Of a DNA stretch of 64,000 nt, positions 59,840-64,000 are shown one piece after another. Position numbers and translations under genes: made by a program. The DNA is from the human T2T-CHM13v2.0 reference genome, Homo sapiens: NCBI RefSeq assembly GCF_009914755.1, contig NC_060943.1; one strand, 5' to 3'. The first letter of the stretch is position 1. Every line of letters starts with the position of its first letter. The notes beneath the pieces are model-generated. The model searched no databases. It was not told the origin of the DNA and saw only the letters and a list, made by a program, of their open reading frames with translations.

Positions 59840-60740
59840 AGACCCGGGGAGGGGTCGGGTGTGCCCCTCTCAACCCTTGAAGCCCAGGTCCCCTCATCCC
59901 GCCTTCCGAATGCAAGTTCAGCTCCCATTCCCACCCCAAGCACAAGCCCCGCCCCATTTTTGCCCCTGAGGCGCACGACCCGCCCCTACTACCACCCTGC
60001 AAACCAAGGCCCCGCCCACTCCGCCATTGGGGTGCAAGCCCCGCCCATCAGCCATCGGAGGGCAAGCCACACTCCACCCCGCCCCCGCGCACAGGCCCCG
60101 CCCCACTTTTGCCCCGGGACCTAAGCCCCACCCCTATCCCTGTCTCTCGGACATAGGCTCCGCCCCCAGCACCACCCTCCATGCTCTGTGGGACCCCACT
60201 CCAGAGCCTAACCTCATCCCCCGGGTAAGAATACTAGAATTTCTCCTTGGAGGCTAAAGAAGACGTTAGTTTCTCTGCCGCCGCCTAAGGCTACCCTGGC
60301 CACAACAGCCTGAGCCACAGCCACTTCCGTTCCCGGCGGCCCCGAGACCGGAAGCGGAAGTGCGCGCGGCGGCGGCCGACGGCGGCTGAGCTGTGCTGCG
60401 CGGCGCGGCGCGGTGCGGCACGGCACGGTGGGAGTGTCTCCGGCTGGCTTGCAGGTGTGGCCCGGCCCCTCGGGAGGGCGGGGAGGGCGGGGAGGGCTCG
60501 GCTGGCGCGGGGAGGGACTGGAGGGCCTAGAACAGCTCCGCCTGTGTGAGGGGTTTCCTCCCTGCGATCAGCCGGTGGCCGGCGTGAGGCCCACACAGTC
60601 AGGGCCTCGCATCTGGGCGCCCGCCGCCCGGTCTCTCGCTCTCAGGTACCCCCCGTCCGGGCAGACAGGGCTGTCATCCTGTCAAAAGGGAAATCCCAAA
60701 CAGTCCAGGTCCCACAGCTCAGAAATGTGGTGACACCGGC
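59840..60740. promoter_or_regulatory. ZNF333: CpG-island promoter with GC-box array and divergent ETS/GABP sites
   Basis: Very high CpG/GC content, several CCGCCC boxes between 59946 and 60167, CACTTCCG at 60322-60329 and ACCGGAAGCGGAAGTG at 60347-60362. Confidence 0.88.
60365..60454 (+). other. ZNF333: Probable non-coding exon 1 of ZNF333 (start approximate)
   Basis: Starts just after the ETS sites and ends at CAG|GTGTGG (GT at 60455). Gene identity from the remembered order ADGRE3-ZNF333-ADGRE2. Confidence 0.7.
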
Positions 60741-61101
60741 CCCAGCTCTCACCTGTCCTTCCCAATTTTTAGGGAAAGTGCATAAAGACGGCCCTACCTT
60801 GCCTACAGTATGCAAGATAACTGCGAATTAGTAATTCACGTTTTATTTGATATGATACTTAATATTATCTAGCTTTGCAACTGGAAAGTGAGGTCTGGGT
60901 CCACATGTGCAAACTGGTTTAATTGATTGGCCAAATTTACTTAAAAAATTGAATGCATCCTCCATTAAGGAATGAATTAGATGACGAGAGATTTCTTTTG
61001 GAGACTGACAATTTGAAGTCTTTTAGCTTAATATCTGTTAGCTTGGCTTTGCATCTCTTCCTTTTCCATAACTTTTTCTTTCTTCTTTTTTTTCTTTCTC
61101 A

Positions 61102-61534
<433 letters not shown>

Positions 61535-61959
61535 TCAGTTATTTCACAAATATTATTATCAAGAAAACCTAAGACTGTTATTCAGATCTTTTCAAGTTGG
61601 CTCCAGTCCTTCCCCCAAGCATGTGAATCACAGAGCTTCAAAACTAATGGAACTTCAGGGAAAAGACGATATAAACTTTGTTAATACTGGAAATTCAAAT
61701 TGAGTTGGCCATAAGTGGGATGTCTTTTTTAATAATGGGGTTAAAGCTCGTGTCTACTGAGAAATCAGGAAAAAATTAACTCCAGAGGAAAATCATGCAT
61801 CAGATTTCAGTTTTACGAGTGAGGTGTTTGTTTCCACAAAGAATATATGCGCTTGCCTTGCCTTTTTAAAAAGAATTAATATTGTTTCTTAAAGGTACCT
61901 GAAACTTGTGTGATTATGTCTTATGAAAGACAGGCACTTTAAGTTATTCTTATATTTGA

Positions 61960-62217
<258 letters not shown>

Positions 62218-62997
62218 TGATCCACCCGCCTCGGCCTCCCAAAGTGCTGGGATTATAGGCGTGAGCAACCATACCTGGCCTCATACTGTGTTTTGTGTGT
62301 GCGTGGGCATATTCCTTCTTAGGCTAGCTATACTGAGTCATTCTTGAGGAGTGTTGATTATTTGGCATATTTTCACTGGGGTGCCCTCAATGAATTGGAC
62401 CCTGTACATGGGGAAACAGTGGGACTGAAATAGTTACAGTGCTTGCCCCTGTGGAGGCTTTATTCTAGCTAATAATATTGGTAAATTAATAGTGCCAAAG
62501 GCAATATGAGAACGTGGAACAGGAGAACTTGGGGAGGATGTCAGGAAACACATCTGAAAAGGAACAAATGTTTGAACCTTCAAGATGAGTTGTACGTAGC
62601 TAAACAAGGGGTCTAGCTGTGGAGTGGGGTAGCGGAGGAAACTTGAGAGAACATTCCAGATGTACAGTCTTTCAGGCAGTACGAAGCCTGCTGTGTTCCA
62701 GGAGCTGAGAACAGGTAGAGAAAGCTAAAGTAGAGAAAATAAAGTACTGAATGGATGAGCCAGGTGAGAGAGGGAGGCAGGTCCCTGAAGATCATGGTTA
62801 GCATTGGATCTTCTTTTTATTTATTTTTTTTCTTTCAGACAGAGTCTTGCTCTGTCACCCAGGCTGGAGTGCAGTGTGGGATCTGGGCTCACTGCAGCCT
62901 CCACCTCCCGGGTTCCAGCGATTTTCTGGCCTCAGCTTCCTGAGTAGCTGGGATTACAGGTGTGTGCCACCATGCCCAGCTAATTTTTGTATTTTAA

Positions 62998-63111
<114 letters not shown>

Positions 63112-63754
63112 TGACCTGGACCTTATTCTTTTTTTTTTTTTCTTGACATGGAGTCTTAGTCTGTTGCCCAGGCTGCAATGCCGTGGCACGATCTCAGTTC
63201 ACTGTAACCTCCGCCTCCTGGGTTCAAGCAACTCTACTGCCTCAGCCTCCCTCCCGAGCAGCTGGGATTACAGGCGTTTGCCACCATGCCCAGCTAATTT
63301 TTGTATTTTTAGTAGAGATGGGGTTTCACCATATTGGCCAGGCTGGTTTCAAATTCCTGACCTCAAGTGATCCACCCACCTTGGCCTCCAGCCTGAGCAA
63401 CAGAGTGAGACTCAAAAAAAAAGGTTTACATCACAGTTGGAGAGAGAGAGGCCAAAATCGTTTAAGAAATAAATATCAAATCACACCTTCATATGGGCAG
63501 TGGAGGAAAAGTAGAAGATCTTAGAAGTATTTTGAGGGAAGCTAGAAGTTAAAATGTTCCTTTGATGACATGGGAAGAGTCAGTAGCAGTCACTAGAGGC
63601 TGTTGTTTGAAAGGTGCCTTGGGGGCCAACATGTTGCTTATGGAGATAAATGTCCTGTAAGGGTTTTGATTGTGACCACTCTGCTGGAGATCCCCCAAAA
63701 TGCTCTGCTTCCGTCCTCACCCCTTCTTTTACCTCAGTGTCTCCTTTATTGCAG

Positions 63755-63798
63755 GGAGAACACCGACTGAGACCTCAAACCCTGGCTCCAGTGTCATG
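63755..63798 (+). CDS. ZNF333: Probable ZNF333 exon 2: 5'UTR plus start codon only (ATG at 63796-63798)
   Basis: Long polypyrimidine tract and ttgcag acceptor; 44-nt exon ends GTC ATG|GTGAGG, the typical KRAB-ZNF layout where the ATG is spliced to the KRAB-A exon (outside the window). Confidence 0.72.
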
Positions 63799-64000
63799 GT
63801 GAGGAAACTGGGGGCTCCTGTGGCTGAAGGGGTGGATATGTAGGATAACTATGTCCTCTGGGCCCTGTCTTCTCTCTCGCCACTTCCGTCCCCAACTGAG
63901 GAAGAAAGGGAAGGGTGAGTGAGGAGCATCCTCATCCCTGCCCTAGGGGACCTAGGGACTTCCTTCTGTGCCTGACCTCTAGAGGTGGCATGGAAGAAGA

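Noticed and set aside
59638-60733. Several overlapping 60-112 aa ORFs in the CpG island
   Set aside because: Expected from stop-codon scarcity in GC-rich DNA; no recognisable protein.

Overview
Alu-dense primate (almost certainly human, 19p13.12) genomic DNA. The minus strand carries exons 1-14 of the adhesion GPCR ADGRE3 (EMR3). All 14 exons were reconstructed by hand with GT-AG boundaries and consistent phases, giving 1812 coding nt (604 codons): signal peptide, EGF, Ca-binding EGF, GAIN/GPS (HL|SSFAVLM) and the 7TM region. The C-terminal exons lie left of the window. About 15 kb upstream, a CpG-island promoter with divergent ETS/GABP sites drives a plus-strand gene. Its non-coding exon 1 and an exon 2 ending in ATG|GT fit the KRAB zinc-finger gene ZNF333 (named from synteny; no KRAB or zinc-finger coding sequence is in the window). 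Most other ORFs in the track are Alu- or microsatellite-derived. I found no convincing new biological system. The most unusual signal is a set of locally templated duplications that transposition does not explain: a ~390-bp direct copy bracketing exons 12-13, a ~185-bp inverted copy with a snap-back hairpin junction near exon 2, and a ~365-bp copy inserted into an LTR upstream of the promoter. Also notable are an AP-1-repeat LTR10 upstream of ADGRE3, a 1.8-kb pyrimidine tract with a 92-bp VNTR, an overlapping uORF, and a frameshifting 38-nt exon whose skipping gives a soluble EGF-only product. Repeat family names are from memory of consensus sequences and need RepeatMasker/Dfam confirmation.
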